From Armatimonadota bacterium (lineage in GTDB: Bacteria > Armatimonadota > HRBIN16), in assembly GCA_963677485.1 (NCBI GenBank), contig OY781964.1:4288001-4352000 (forward strand): DNA of 64,000 nt, read 5' to 3'. Position 1 is the first letter of the stretch; every line of letters begins with the position of its first letter. Positions 46,827 through 56,333 of the stretch are shown here, piece by piece. The notes beneath the pieces are model-generated. The model did not search any database. It saw only the letters and a program-made list of their open reading frames with translations, and was not told the DNA's origin. The translations under genes were made by a program, and so were the position numbers.

Positions 46827-49550
46827 ATGTGCCGAAATTCCGTGAGGTATAATCGCTTGACAAGACGAAACAGCGTGATTCAACTCGCCTCTTTACTGCT
46901 GGCCGGTATGGCGTTAACAGGGGGTGTGCAAGCACAGGGTAACCGGGTTAACACACCATTCAAGACAGTTACAGATAGCCTTCAATCGGCATATGTCGTA
47001 CAAACTACACGCTCAGCGGTAGATATGACGCCCATCAAAAACTACCAACGCAGCATGGCCAGGGCCGTTGCACCGACTGTCGCCCGGTTGCGTGCGAAAA
47101 GTGTGCTGCCTGGCGCCATGCCATTTGCGGTAGACACGCTGGTAGCCCAGTTGTCCTCTGGCAAGCTGGTAAGGACGGCAGCTACTAGAAGCACCGCACT
47201 GAGCTTCGTGGTACCAACCACGGGTACCGGTGCATGGACCACGGAGCAAGCCGCCTTCATCAAGTCGGTTGCTGATCAAGCTGTGATCGAGCTTACCTCG
47301 ATATGTGGTGCTCCATTGAATGGGGGGACTATCACCATTCTGAATGATGATGCTAACATATCGGACCGTAACGCCGTTGCGGGTGGGATATATAACGTCT
47401 CGACTAACCAGTTTTTGTTCCCTGTTTATAACAGCGAAGTCTCCGTGATCGCCAACATGACGCACCTCGTGGCACATGCCATGCGCGGAGCGGACATCCT
47501 GGCGTATGATTCATGGGAAGAAGGGATTGCGCGGGCAACAAGCCAGATTGCGGCACCCCGAGTGGCTCAAGCATTGGGACGCGCGACCAGTGTGGTTGAC
47601 GCGCTGCGCCGAGAAAGCAATTACCACGCATTGCCGTTCTACGACCTGATGAATCAGCCTGCACTGGCCAACAACAGCTTCATACCGAAATCACAGCTCA
47701 CAACACCCATCGAGTCTGGATCCATCGGTGGCATCTGGCTGCCCAGGTATATGATGGCAGGATCGGCTTGGATGAAGGTGTATATCGACGACCCACTGTT
47801 TTTCAAGAACTTCATGCAGGCATATAAGACGGCAGGCGGTGCAGCCATCGCAGGCGATGTGCCGAAACTGCGCCAGGTGTTGAAGCAGGTCATGACAACC
47901 GTAGAAGGCGATCCGGTGGACACCTGGTTTAGCAAACAGTATGTGCTGGATAACAGCATCCGGGTTGGTCGTAAGCTTTATGCTTACAATGTGCCGATAC
48001 GGACTGCCTCAGGAACCGATAGCTCCATATTCATCGATCTGATGTATGTCGATACCGCAACCGATGGCGATGAAACGCCGGTAAGCGGCTTCAGTTATCC
48101 TCAGTATTTCGACTTTGAAGAGGTGAACATCTATCCTGGTGCTCAGTATGAGTCGGTTGAGGTGTATCAGGGCGAGGGGGCCTTTAGCCCAAGCTTTCAA
48201 AACGACTTCCTGGGCGGTGCCCAGCGGGTAAGGATGAGCTTACCTGTGGGCATGGAGAGTGTGGAACTGCCCTACGCATTCGGCCAGCCCGGCAGTTTGA
48301 GCTCTCCGAATACGCTCTATGGTGTGGTGGATGGATTGACCACCGGCACCATCGAGGTGAGCAGCGCGGTAGGCACCATCAGCGGAGCTGTCGTAAGGGG
48401 CAGTTTTGGTTTGGTCTTGCCCACCGGAAGTTTTGACACCCCACGCACCTACCAGATCACAATCAAAAACGGTAGTGGAACCACGGTCGGCACCAGGCAG
48501 GTGAACCTTGGTTATACCGAAGGCGTAGTCTATATCAACCTCAACTCGGCGGAAATTACGGTCAACAAGCCATACAATGCCGGACTAAGCATGTTCAGCA
48601 TACCGATGAGTTTCATGCAGGCAGATAACGCCAGGGTGCTTGGTGTGCCGGCGCTTGGGCTCAAACTGGCCAGGTGGATACAGCCGAATAAGGCCTACTC
48701 GCTCTATCCTGCGATCGACAGCTTTGCTCCAGGCAGGGCGTTTTGGATGAAGCCCGATACGAATTTCACGGCTATCCTGACTGGCACCAGCACCCCGATG
48801 GACCGCGATGCGATCTTCCCGGCTGTGTTTGGCTGGAACATGGTGGGGCTGCCAGTGGATCGTACGGTGGCCCTCAGCGAGCTGCTGGTGCAGGTGAAGG
48901 ATCAAACGCCGGTAAGCTTCGCTACCGCAGTGACACAGGGCGTCGTTGGCAACAGCTTCTTGAAATATAACAGCGGTTATGAACCCATCCTATCCACTGG
49001 CAGCCTATCACCTTGGGAAGGATACTGGATACGAGTCAGGCAGTCCGAAGGGGTGACTTTCATCGTTCCGCCATCATCTGTTGCAGCGGCTTCGGTATCA
49101 AGCCGCACGATGGCTCCGTATGCAGCCGCTGCAGATGGCTGGCGGACAGCTATTCAAGTCAATGCTGGTAATGCACAGACAAAAGTGTGGATCGGGCAAT
49201 CAAAACTGGCTACGACCGGTTTCGATCTTGCCTATGATGCGGAGAGCGGTCCGGCTGATCCTTCGGGCTTGAACGCACAGATCACAGCAAATCAACCGCT
49301 GCTGCAGGACATTCAGCCAGTCGTCAATAGGTCGGTATGGCGGGTGCAGGTATCGGGTGCTACACCTCGCGGTGTGATCACGTTAAGCCTGTCCGATCTG
49401 GCGTCTGTGAAAAGACTAGGGCGGATTGTGGTGACCGACCAAACCACACTCATCAGCCAGATGCTGACTGGTGGCTGGCCTATCAAAATCAAAACCGACG
49501 CAAATGGGCGTGCCTATATGATCGTGCAATATCAAAGGATGGTCTTTTAG
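46827..49550 (+). CDS. Large secreted multidomain protein with a degenerate zincin-like motif
   Basis: Signal peptide (LLLAGMALTGGVQA), HLVAH...WEEGIA, and beta-rich C-terminal part with GWNMVGLP and PWEGYWI. True start probably slightly downstream. Confidence 0.7.
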   Translation: MCRNSVRYNRLTRRNSVIQLASLLLAGMALTGGVQAQGNRVNTPFKTVTDSLQSAYVVQTTRSAVDMTPIKNYQRSMARAVAPTVARLRAKSVLPGAMPFAVDTLVAQLSSGKLVRTAATRSTALSFVVPTTGTGAWTTEQAAFIKSVADQAVIELTSICGAPLNGGTITILNDDANISDRNAVAGGIYNVSTNQFLFPVYNSEVSVIANMTHLVAHAMRGADILAYDSWEEGIARATSQIAAPRVAQALGRATSVVDALRRESNYHALPFYDLMNQPALANNSFIPKSQLTTPIESGSIGGIWLPRYMMAGSAWMKVYIDDPLFFKNFMQAYKTAGGAAIAGDVPKLRQVLKQVMTTVEGDPVDTWFSKQYVLDNSIRVGRKLYAYNVPIRTASGTDSSIFIDLMYVDTATDGDETPVSGFSYPQYFDFEEVNIYPGAQYESVEVYQGEGAFSPSFQNDFLGGAQRVRMSLPVGMESVELPYAFGQPGSLSSPNTLYGVVDGLTTGTIEVSSAVGTISGAVVRGSFGLVLPTGSFDTPRTYQITIKNGSGTTVGTRQVNLGYTEGVVYINLNSAEITVNKPYNAGLSMFSIPMSFMQADNARVLGVPALGLKLARWIQPNKAYSLYPAIDSFAPGRAFWMKPDTNFTAILTGTSTPMDRDAIFPAVFGWNMVGLPVDRTVALSELLVQVKDQTPVSFATAVTQGVVGNSFLKYNSGYEPILSTGSLSPWEGYWIRVRQSEGVTFIVPPSSVAAASVSSRTMAPYAAAADGWRTAIQVNAGNAQTKVWIGQSKLATTGFDLAYDAESGPADPSGLNAQITANQPLLQDIQPVVNRSVWRVQVSGATPRGVITLSLSDLASVKRLGRIVVTDQTTLISQMLTGGWPIKIKTDANGRAYMIVQYQRMVF

Positions 49551-50227
49551 TGAACCAGTCTAAATACACTCAGTTTCTTGGCCTTGGTGTCTTGCTGTGC
49601 GGCTTATTGCTGACGGGCTGCGGCGGCGGGGGAGGTGGCGGCGATACACCTGACCCTGCGAAAACCGTGACGGTGACCGGCTTGGCTAGTCAAGAAAGCG
49701 ATGCTCTGGCCGATGCGGGCACCGTGGTGAAGGTGGGCGATGTGACGTCCGTGGTCTTCAGTCCACCAAAGGCGCTGGGCACTGGAGAGCTGTATAACTT
49801 CCAGATCACCGTGCCACTGACTTCCAGCAAGGGCAGCTTTACCCAGGGTTCTACTGTGAGCGAATTCCCGCTGACGGCGACACCTGGAGTGTCGCTGACT
49901 GCCGGAACCCTTGATCTTGGCACTGTATATGTAGGCACGAATTCCGGGATATGTCAGGTCACAGGACGGGTAGTCAATACGAAGTCGGAGATGGTACCGT
50001 CTGCCATCGTGAAGATCGGTAAGTTCACTACCACGACGACAGCTGACGGCACTTTCAGCTTCGCCCAGGCCCCTGCCTGGTTTACCACTGTGACCATATC
50101 GGCATCAGGGTATGATACCCGCACGATCGTGCTTGATAATCCTCTGACAAAGAGTATCAGCAACAGTCTTGGCGATTTACGCTTCCAAGATGACATCACC
50201 GATGATCCGCCGCCGCCGCCATTCTGA
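49550..50227 (+). CDS. Lipoprotein with carboxypeptidase-regulatory-like beta-sandwich
   Basis: GTG 49550 overlaps the upstream stop. Lipobox LLTGC plus poly-Gly, VTGRVV...TTTADGTFSF...SASGY, C-terminal PPPPPF. Confidence 0.8.
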   Translation: MNQSKYTQFLGLGVLLCGLLLTGCGGGGGGGDTPDPAKTVTVTGLASQESDALADAGTVVKVGDVTSVVFSPPKALGTGELYNFQITVPLTSSKGSFTQGSTVSEFPLTATPGVSLTAGTLDLGTVYVGTNSGICQVTGRVVNTKSEMVPSAIVKIGKFTTTTTADGTFSFAQAPAWFTTVTISASGYDTRTIVLDNPLTKSISNSLGDLRFQDDITDDPPPPPF

Positions 50228-50328
50228 GGCCAAATTCATGATCGGCACCTCGAGCAACGAATGTCTGTTCGAGGGCCGTATCATATGGTATGCTTGATAG
50301 TACCATTGCCATTGCTGATGGAGAAGAT

Positions 50329-51618
50329 ATGCGGGAAAAATCGTGGATTAGTAAATATGGATTGCAGGCACTTGCCTATATGGGGGTTTCTGCTGCGCTT
50401 GTTTTAAGCTATATGGGCATCAAGGCACTGGAACGTTATGATCCGATGGCGCACTACAGTGAACAATACGCCGATGCTGGCATGAACAATGCGGTGTTGG
50501 TGTGTGATGACGTGAAGGTGAGTTCTCGCCGCTACACTTCGGTGAACTGGCAGTTTCAAGCACGGCACATCAGTATGCTTCGTGACTTGGGAAGTTGGAA
50601 TGTTGATGGCCTGTACAACGGCTCCGTCACACTCCCTGGGCAAAAAAAGCTGACGCTGAAGTTTGCCTCCAAAACCGCCTCATACAGCCGCTGGGAACGC
50701 CGTCTGCGTATGGAAAACGCGGAGGTGATGCCCAACGCTGGCAAGCTGATGACTTCTGAAGCGGTGTATGATGAAACGACCAGAAAGCTAGAGCTGCCGA
50801 AGGGTTGCCGCGGCCGATATATGGACGCAGATGTCGTGTTCAAGAAGGTTGCCTTCAACCTCGACACCAACAGTGCTGTGGTCACAGATGGCAAGATGAC
50901 GGTCGCAGAGAAACCTGCTCTTGCAGTGGACAATAACCCAAAAGCGAAGAAGACCCGTCAGGTGACCGTCTCGTTTAAGTCTTTTGAGGAACTTCAAGGG
51001 AAGACCCGCAAGGGGCAGGCATTGAAGGTTGTGGACGGGGATACTCAGTTTCAAGCAGATCAGGCTACTCAGGATATCGCGAAAAACACGGTTTTGGCAA
51101 CAGGTAACCTGAAAATGGATGACGTAAAATACTCAGGCACCGGCGATAAAGCCGATATCGAGATCAAACCTCGGCACGCTGTGATCACCGGACACGTGAT
51201 CATCGTCACAAAACCTTCAGTGAAAAAGGCCGATGTGAAGCCTGCTGAACCTGCAGCACCGACCGCCGATTCCAAACCGGCTAAGGAAGACAAAAGCCTG
51301 GCCACAGAACGTAACAAGCCGGCTACAATCACCTGCGATAAGGCTGATGTGCTGTATGGCACCAAGATCATCACGCTGACGGGCAACCTGAAAATAGTTC
51401 AGAGGATCACCGAGGGCACAAGGACACTCACCGCCAATAAAGCGGTCTACGACGTGAATGGTGAAGTAATGGAGCTCACCGGAAACGTGTATGCGATAGA
51501 CGAGAAGGGGCAAGAGTTGCGGGTACCCAGCATGACGCTTGGGTTAAAAGAGGGCGATGAGTGGATCAAGGCGACTGCAGGCGGAACCATGACCATCATT
51601 GAAGAGGACGAGGAGTAG
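50329..51618 (+). CDS. LptC/LptA (OstA)-like beta-jellyroll protein
   Basis: N-terminal TM, repeated A.Y......LTGNV-type strands (LATGNL, ITGHV, LTGNL, LTGNV), ITCDKA. Confidence 0.65.
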   Translation: MREKSWISKYGLQALAYMGVSAALVLSYMGIKALERYDPMAHYSEQYADAGMNNAVLVCDDVKVSSRRYTSVNWQFQARHISMLRDLGSWNVDGLYNGSVTLPGQKKLTLKFASKTASYSRWERRLRMENAEVMPNAGKLMTSEAVYDETTRKLELPKGCRGRYMDADVVFKKVAFNLDTNSAVVTDGKMTVAEKPALAVDNNPKAKKTRQVTVSFKSFEELQGKTRKGQALKVVDGDTQFQADQATQDIAKNTVLATGNLKMDDVKYSGTGDKADIEIKPRHAVITGHVIIVTKPSVKKADVKPAEPAAPTADSKPAKEDKSLATERNKPATITCDKADVLYGTKIITLTGNLKIVQRITEGTRTLTANKAVYDVNGEVMELTGNVYAIDEKGQELRVPSMTLGLKEGDEWIKATAGGTMTIIEEDEE

Positions 51619-51621
51619 ACA

Positions 51622-52809
51622 ATGTGGATAAGGATGGGAACTTCACGAAGCGGGGGAGTGGTCGTTGGAGTCGCTCGCGTCGTTGAGGATCCCAGACAGC
51701 TACTCGAAATGGCTGTTCACGAAACCGCCGCCGCGTACATCGACCCGGAGCTGGGCTATGTGCTGGTGACCAGAGATGCCTCCATGGCTGAACGCTTATT
51801 GCCCTTCAACCCAGCCATTCAGGCGATTGTGGCTGATTTTGGCGGTGAGGACGTGACGATGGGGCACCCCTCTATCCCTATCGTAGCGGATGTTGAGGAT
51901 GCCACCTCGGAGATTCAAGATGGCGACCTGTTGATTGTGGAGGGATACCGCGGGTTGGTGATATCAAACCCCTCGCTAGAGCTTATCTCCAAATTCCAGC
52001 AGATCATGCAGCATCGAAGCCGCAACAGGTACAGGTTGGAGCAGGGCACCGATGTGCTTCAAAGCCTTGATGGGCATACCGTCAGGATGTATGCGCATCT
52101 ACAATCATCGACCGACTTTATGATAGCCGAAGACGCAGGGGCAGACGGTGTCTATCTTGATGGTAGTTGGGCCTCGCAGTGTCTGCAGGATAAACGCTGG
52201 GTAGAACGGCTCATCGAATACTGCGGAGGCCGCGGCATGGCTTTAAAGATGCCTGCTTCCCTCGAGGGTGCCGCGCTGGACGGGTTAATGCGCATTAGCG
52301 AAGAGTTGACCGTGACGGCCGTGTACGGGCCTCAGTCGGTCAAACAAAGCATCTATCGCATGGCTGAGGCGGGAGCAAGTCGGACGAGTGAACAGACATG
52401 CGGCATATGCCTTAGTCGCCCAGTTTTGTCGGGTGCGGTCTGGCAGCCAGGATCGGAGCCAATAGAGCAGTTTGACGACATCAACAGCCTGTGGGTTGAC
52501 CTGCCGCCTGTGAGTATGCTGGACAAGCTGTGCGCGTCACAATGCATCGTTCAAAACCAGTACGCTCAGAATGCTTTGCTGACACGAATGGCGGTGACTG
52601 GTGCGGTAGATCCCACGGTGTTTGGTGTCTATCTTGGACTGGGGTATAGCGACCTTTGTATGCCGCTGCATTGCATTATGCCGTGTAAGAAGATGCTGCC
52701 CATGGTCTCCTGGGAGTTAGCGCGTCAAGCTGTGGGTGAAGCCATGTCCGAAGATGGCGAGATACGGTGGGCGGATCTTTTAGATAGATACCGCATTCTG
52801 ACTACGTAG
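51622..52809 (+). CDS. Degenerate PEP-utilising enzyme (PTS enzyme I-like)
   Basis: SGGVVVGVA, swivel domain IPIVADV.DAT..IQDGDLLIVEGYRGLVISNP, SLDGHTVRMYAH, GADGVYL, LGLGYSDLCM. Catalytic motifs eroded. Confidence 0.6.
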   Translation: MWIRMGTSRSGGVVVGVARVVEDPRQLLEMAVHETAAAYIDPELGYVLVTRDASMAERLLPFNPAIQAIVADFGGEDVTMGHPSIPIVADVEDATSEIQDGDLLIVEGYRGLVISNPSLELISKFQQIMQHRSRNRYRLEQGTDVLQSLDGHTVRMYAHLQSSTDFMIAEDAGADGVYLDGSWASQCLQDKRWVERLIEYCGGRGMALKMPASLEGAALDGLMRISEELTVTAVYGPQSVKQSIYRMAEAGASRTSEQTCGICLSRPVLSGAVWQPGSEPIEQFDDINSLWVDLPPVSMLDKLCASQCIVQNQYAQNALLTRMAVTGAVDPTVFGVYLGLGYSDLCMPLHCIMPCKKMLPMVSWELARQAVGEAMSEDGEIRWADLLDRYRILTT

Positions 52810-52828
52810 CCGGCCACAGCTCGGTACC

Positions 52829-53659
52829 TTACTGAATAATGGGTTTGGGTATGGGTTTCCGGTGTTCGTATGTCAGTATCTCACGAAAACCAATATGGTA
52901 GAGCATCAAGCTGGCTTCCTGCATCCTCGCTGCGATCCGTTTGGGTTGATGGGCATCGGAACCCAGCGTGATCATACGCCCGCCTGTCTCATAGTACAGT
53001 TCCAGCATAGTCCAGTCAGGATAAGTCACCATGGGCGGCTGATATAAACCGGCGGTGTTGATTTCCAGGGCGATGTTCTTCTCCATCATCAACTCAAAAA
53101 TCTCCACGAGCTGATCCCGGAATGTGCCCACCTTGAAGTCACCGAACAACCCTGTGCCACGTTTCTGCGCGTATCCTAAATGGCCGACGATGTCGAGGGC
53201 TCCAGACTGAACGGAGTACAGGATGGCCTGATGATATGCCCCGTAGGCCTCTAGCTCTGTGGGGTATACCTCCAGGTATTCAGGGGTCATCAGCATTCGT
53301 CCGTCAATGTGATGCACAGAAGATATCACATAGTCGAATGGGTGCTGAATGAGCCAGCGGTGCAGCTCATCGACAAACCACTGCTGGAAGTCGAGTTCTA
53401 TACCGTGCCGAATGGTCAGTCGGCCTGCGAAATGTTCACGCTCACGCGCAATGTCATCGGCATACGCCAGAGGGTCAAAATGGTGGACTACCGGGTCATT
53501 AGGGTCAAAATCTTTGTGTTCTGCAAAGCCTATCTCGTCAAGTCCCATTGATGCTGCCATCGTACACTGCTCAGACATGGTAGCCCGACCATCATGCGAT
53601 CGGAATGTGTGTATGTGGTAGTCGGTGATGTAGAGCTGTTCGGTCCTAAGCTTACGCAT
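52829..53659 (-). CDS. PHP-family histidinol-phosphatase-like (HisJ/HisK)
   Basis: DYHIHT, EH, SSVH, GHL, EINT, GSDAH. Confidence 0.88.
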   Translation of the reverse strand: MRKLRTEQLYITDYHIHTFRSHDGRATMSEQCTMAASMGLDEIGFAEHKDFDPNDPVVHHFDPLAYADDIAREREHFAGRLTIRHGIELDFQQWFVDELHRWLIQHPFDYVISSVHHIDGRMLMTPEYLEVYPTELEAYGAYHQAILYSVQSGALDIVGHLGYAQKRGTGLFGDFKVGTFRDQLVEIFELMMEKNIALEINTAGLYQPPMVTYPDWTMLELYYETGGRMITLGSDAHQPKRIAARMQEASLMLYHIGFREILTYEHRKPIPKPIIQ

Positions 53660-53777
53660 TTTGATGTATATCCAAACAAATAGTATATCAGGGCTATACT
53701 GTAGCAACCCTAAAACACTTTAGCACATTCCAAGCGAAGTGTGCCTGACATATTGGATACAATGACAGTGTGGAAAA

Positions 53778-54884
53778 ATGCGTGATACAGGTAACCAGCA
53801 GTTAATGGCGCCTGAAGAGATACAAAATTACATTCCAGAGTGGGAAGAAGCACTTCAAAGATGCGCGGCGGTGCCAAGCCGTGTGATGGTCATGGGGATA
53901 TCGGATGTTGGTAAGACGACTTTGGTTAACTTGTTGGCAGCGAGAATCCTGCAGCATCAACCGGAAGTAGCCGTTTTGGACTTGGACCTGGGGCAGAGTG
54001 AGGTAGGACCTCCAACTACCATGGGCCTGGGGTTACTCGACCGTGTGGCGCATCAGGTGGGATACGCGAAGCCTCTGGGAATGGGGTTTGTTGGTGCATT
54101 AACACCCGGTGGTATGGGCATCGAGACCATACAGGCACTGCTGCCCGTACTGCCGCTGATTCCGCAGAACATGAGTTGTCTCATTGATGGACACGGTCTT
54201 GTTGTTGGCGGTGTGGCTCGAAGGCTGTGGCTGAGCTATTATGAAGCACTAAGGCCCGATATTATACTTGCTGTACAATCTAGTGGCGAACTCGAACCAC
54301 TACTCCAAACATTTGACCGCCGCCTAGCTAGAATCATCAGGCTTCCGCGTCCCAATTCTGTGGGCACCAAAAGCAGGGAACTGCGCTCAGAACGTCGGAG
54401 CCGAAGATTATCCCGCCATTTAGCTGCGATGAAGAGGGTATACATCGATTGGTCAGAGGTCAGTATTGACGGAAGCTGGCTGTTTAGCGGTACCGCTTTG
54501 AGCCGTGAACAGATCACTGAGTTATCGGAGCTGCTTGACCTTCATGTGGTGTGGGCCGAAAGAGTGGACAACCGGATATATTCGATGATTTCCGAACGCG
54601 AGGCGGACATGAGCCCATTGCGGGTTCAAGGCAGCTGGGGTGATTGCGAACTTAAGATTAGTTGTCAGCACTATTTCAGTCAACTGATCTGCGGTTTGAT
54701 CGGTACCGACGGATTATGTCGTTCACTTGCGGTTTGTGAAAAAATAGATTTTCAGAACAAGCGGCTCCAATTAATGAGCCCTTACCAACAATTTCAAGAG
54801 ATTTGCGCATTGCGGCTTGGACGCCTGTTCGTGGATTCATCGGGCGTACCGGGTAGCAGTGCTCCACTAGGGGAATACTACTAA
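53778..54884 (+). CDS. Clp1/Grc3-family polynucleotide 5'-kinase
   Basis: P-loop GISDVGKTT, DLDLGQSEVGPPTTMGL, Arg-rich lid RSERRSRR. Confidence 0.85.
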   Translation: MRDTGNQQLMAPEEIQNYIPEWEEALQRCAAVPSRVMVMGISDVGKTTLVNLLAARILQHQPEVAVLDLDLGQSEVGPPTTMGLGLLDRVAHQVGYAKPLGMGFVGALTPGGMGIETIQALLPVLPLIPQNMSCLIDGHGLVVGGVARRLWLSYYEALRPDIILAVQSSGELEPLLQTFDRRLARIIRLPRPNSVGTKSRELRSERRSRRLSRHLAAMKRVYIDWSEVSIDGSWLFSGTALSREQITELSELLDLHVVWAERVDNRIYSMISEREADMSPLRVQGSWGDCELKISCQHYFSQLICGLIGTDGLCRSLAVCEKIDFQNKRLQLMSPYQQFQEICALRLGRLFVDSSGVPGSSAPLGEYY

Positions 54885-54885
54885 T

Positions 54886-55665
54886 ATGGTTCAACAGAAG
54901 CGGGGATGTGCCCCCGAACACTTTGAGCAAGCCATACAATACTGCCAAAGTTATGTTAAACGCCAGAACTGGTCGGATTTGCATCGTGAGCTATCGGCTC
55001 CATCGATCCAGGCCGTCGCACAACTGGAATCTGCCGGGCAGAAATGTGTGTTGTTCAATGAGGCTGAGTATTCCCGCCGCCCGTTTTCAGACCATTGGGC
55101 CATCAATCTGCTGATGGTCGATGCAGAAATCAATATCGTGATCAATACTATGCTGGCAGCGGAGTGGGTGTATCAGCCTAACCGCTCGGTGTACAAGAAC
55201 TGGGTGCTGGAGTTCACACATGGGGTGAACATGATCCGTGTGTGGCGCGGTATTCCTGGGGTGCGAAAACGCTCCTCTGTGCTGGACAGCATTGAGATGG
55301 CAACCGATGGACGGAAGGTGCTGGCACCTGATGTCGCCGTCGCGGCCTTATGTGCGGAATACTGCTTTTCAGGACACGGTGACGACCCAATCAGTTTAAT
55401 GGCTGGTGGGGTAGCCATTTGGCATGTGGATGACTGGGTAAGCCTTATCACCCGGTCTTACGAGCTGGGATTATGCCGTTCTGTCTATGTTCTGGGTAAC
55501 CATGCTCGACGCTGGTTAGGAATTGATGTGCCGCATCACCTTCTCGTGACCATGCGGTTTTTGCCTACACCTGTCGTGACGCGTGCCATATACGAAATCG
55601 GTCGAAAGCGGCTGTTGGCCCCTTTTGCGGAATGGCTTTGTGACAGGCTCTCATGGATTGACTAG
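54886..55665 (+). CDS. Degenerate nucleotidyltransferase-family (NTP_transf_5-like) protein
   Basis: RPFSD...INLL, VLAPDVAVAALC and DWVSLITRSYELGLCRSV...ARRWLGIDVP follow the family pattern, but the DxD motif is not intact. Confidence 0.5.
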   Translation: MVQQKRGCAPEHFEQAIQYCQSYVKRQNWSDLHRELSAPSIQAVAQLESAGQKCVLFNEAEYSRRPFSDHWAINLLMVDAEINIVINTMLAAEWVYQPNRSVYKNWVLEFTHGVNMIRVWRGIPGVRKRSSVLDSIEMATDGRKVLAPDVAVAALCAEYCFSGHGDDPISLMAGGVAIWHVDDWVSLITRSYELGLCRSVYVLGNHARRWLGIDVPHHLLVTMRFLPTPVVTRAIYEIGRKRLLAPFAEWLCDRLSWID

Positions 55666-56277
55666 AAGCCTGCTCATGCGGTTCATCTTGTTCTCGCCTG
55701 TGCTGAGCCTTGCCATGAACCCTAGTTCTGAAATGCGCGACATGCTGAAGCCGCAGCTATTATAAACATGAATGGCAATGCTGTTAGACGGTAGTACATC
55801 CAGATCAATCCATTTCCGCCCCATGCTGGTTCCGGTCGAGATCGCATAATGAAGCATCGCTTTTGCGACGCCTCTATTGCGGTAGACGGTGGCTACACTG
55901 AGGGAGCTGATATACACGTTGTCTTTTCTTGGCCATCGTGATGTAGCCACTTGCACCATCAACGATAAGCCGTAGCGCTGGTACAAGCTTTTGGCCATTG
56001 AAGCGTAGTTCCACGCCTTCAACCATGGCAACGGTGGGGGAACCTCAGTATGTGTTTGCATGATCATCATACCGGCTGGATGGTTGTCTATTCGGGCTAC
56101 GATGATCTCATCATGTGCCATCGCTTTATCTTCGATTAAACGGATGAAAACCTGCCTGACAATATCTGGCGTGATTCCCGCCCAGGCAAATTTGGATGAA
56201 AAGCCTTCGACGTAGATATCAGCCAGAGCTGGCATATCTTGTTCTCGTAGTGGCGATATATCGTATATATTGTTCAT
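55651..56277 (-). CDS. GNAT acetyltransferase
   Basis: YISSLSV...YRNRGVAKAML, N..AIHVYNSCGF. Confidence 0.88.
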   Translation of the reverse strand: MNNIYDISPLREQDMPALADIYVEGFSSKFAWAGITPDIVRQVFIRLIEDKAMAHDEIIVARIDNHPAGMMIMQTHTEVPPPLPWLKAWNYASMAKSLYQRYGLSLMVQVATSRWPRKDNVYISSLSVATVYRNRGVAKAMLHYAISTGTSMGRKWIDLDVLPSNSIAIHVYNSCGFSMSRISELGFMARLSTGENKMNRMSRLLVNP

Positions 56278-56282
56278 ATGTT

Positions 56283-56319
56283 AAAAAAACGGGGAGACGG
56301 GCTGTACCCGCCTCCCCGT
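56283..56319 (-). terminator. Intrinsic terminator after the HEAT-repeat gene
   Basis: ACGGGGAGACGGG / CCCGCCTCCCCGT followed on the minus strand by a T-run. Confidence 0.8.
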
Positions 56320-56333
56320 AACTCCGGTTCGAA

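Noticed and set aside
49337-49549. Long overlap of the 49337 ORF with the upstream gene
   Set aside because: The true start is most likely GTG 49550, which gives a normal lipoprotein signal peptide.
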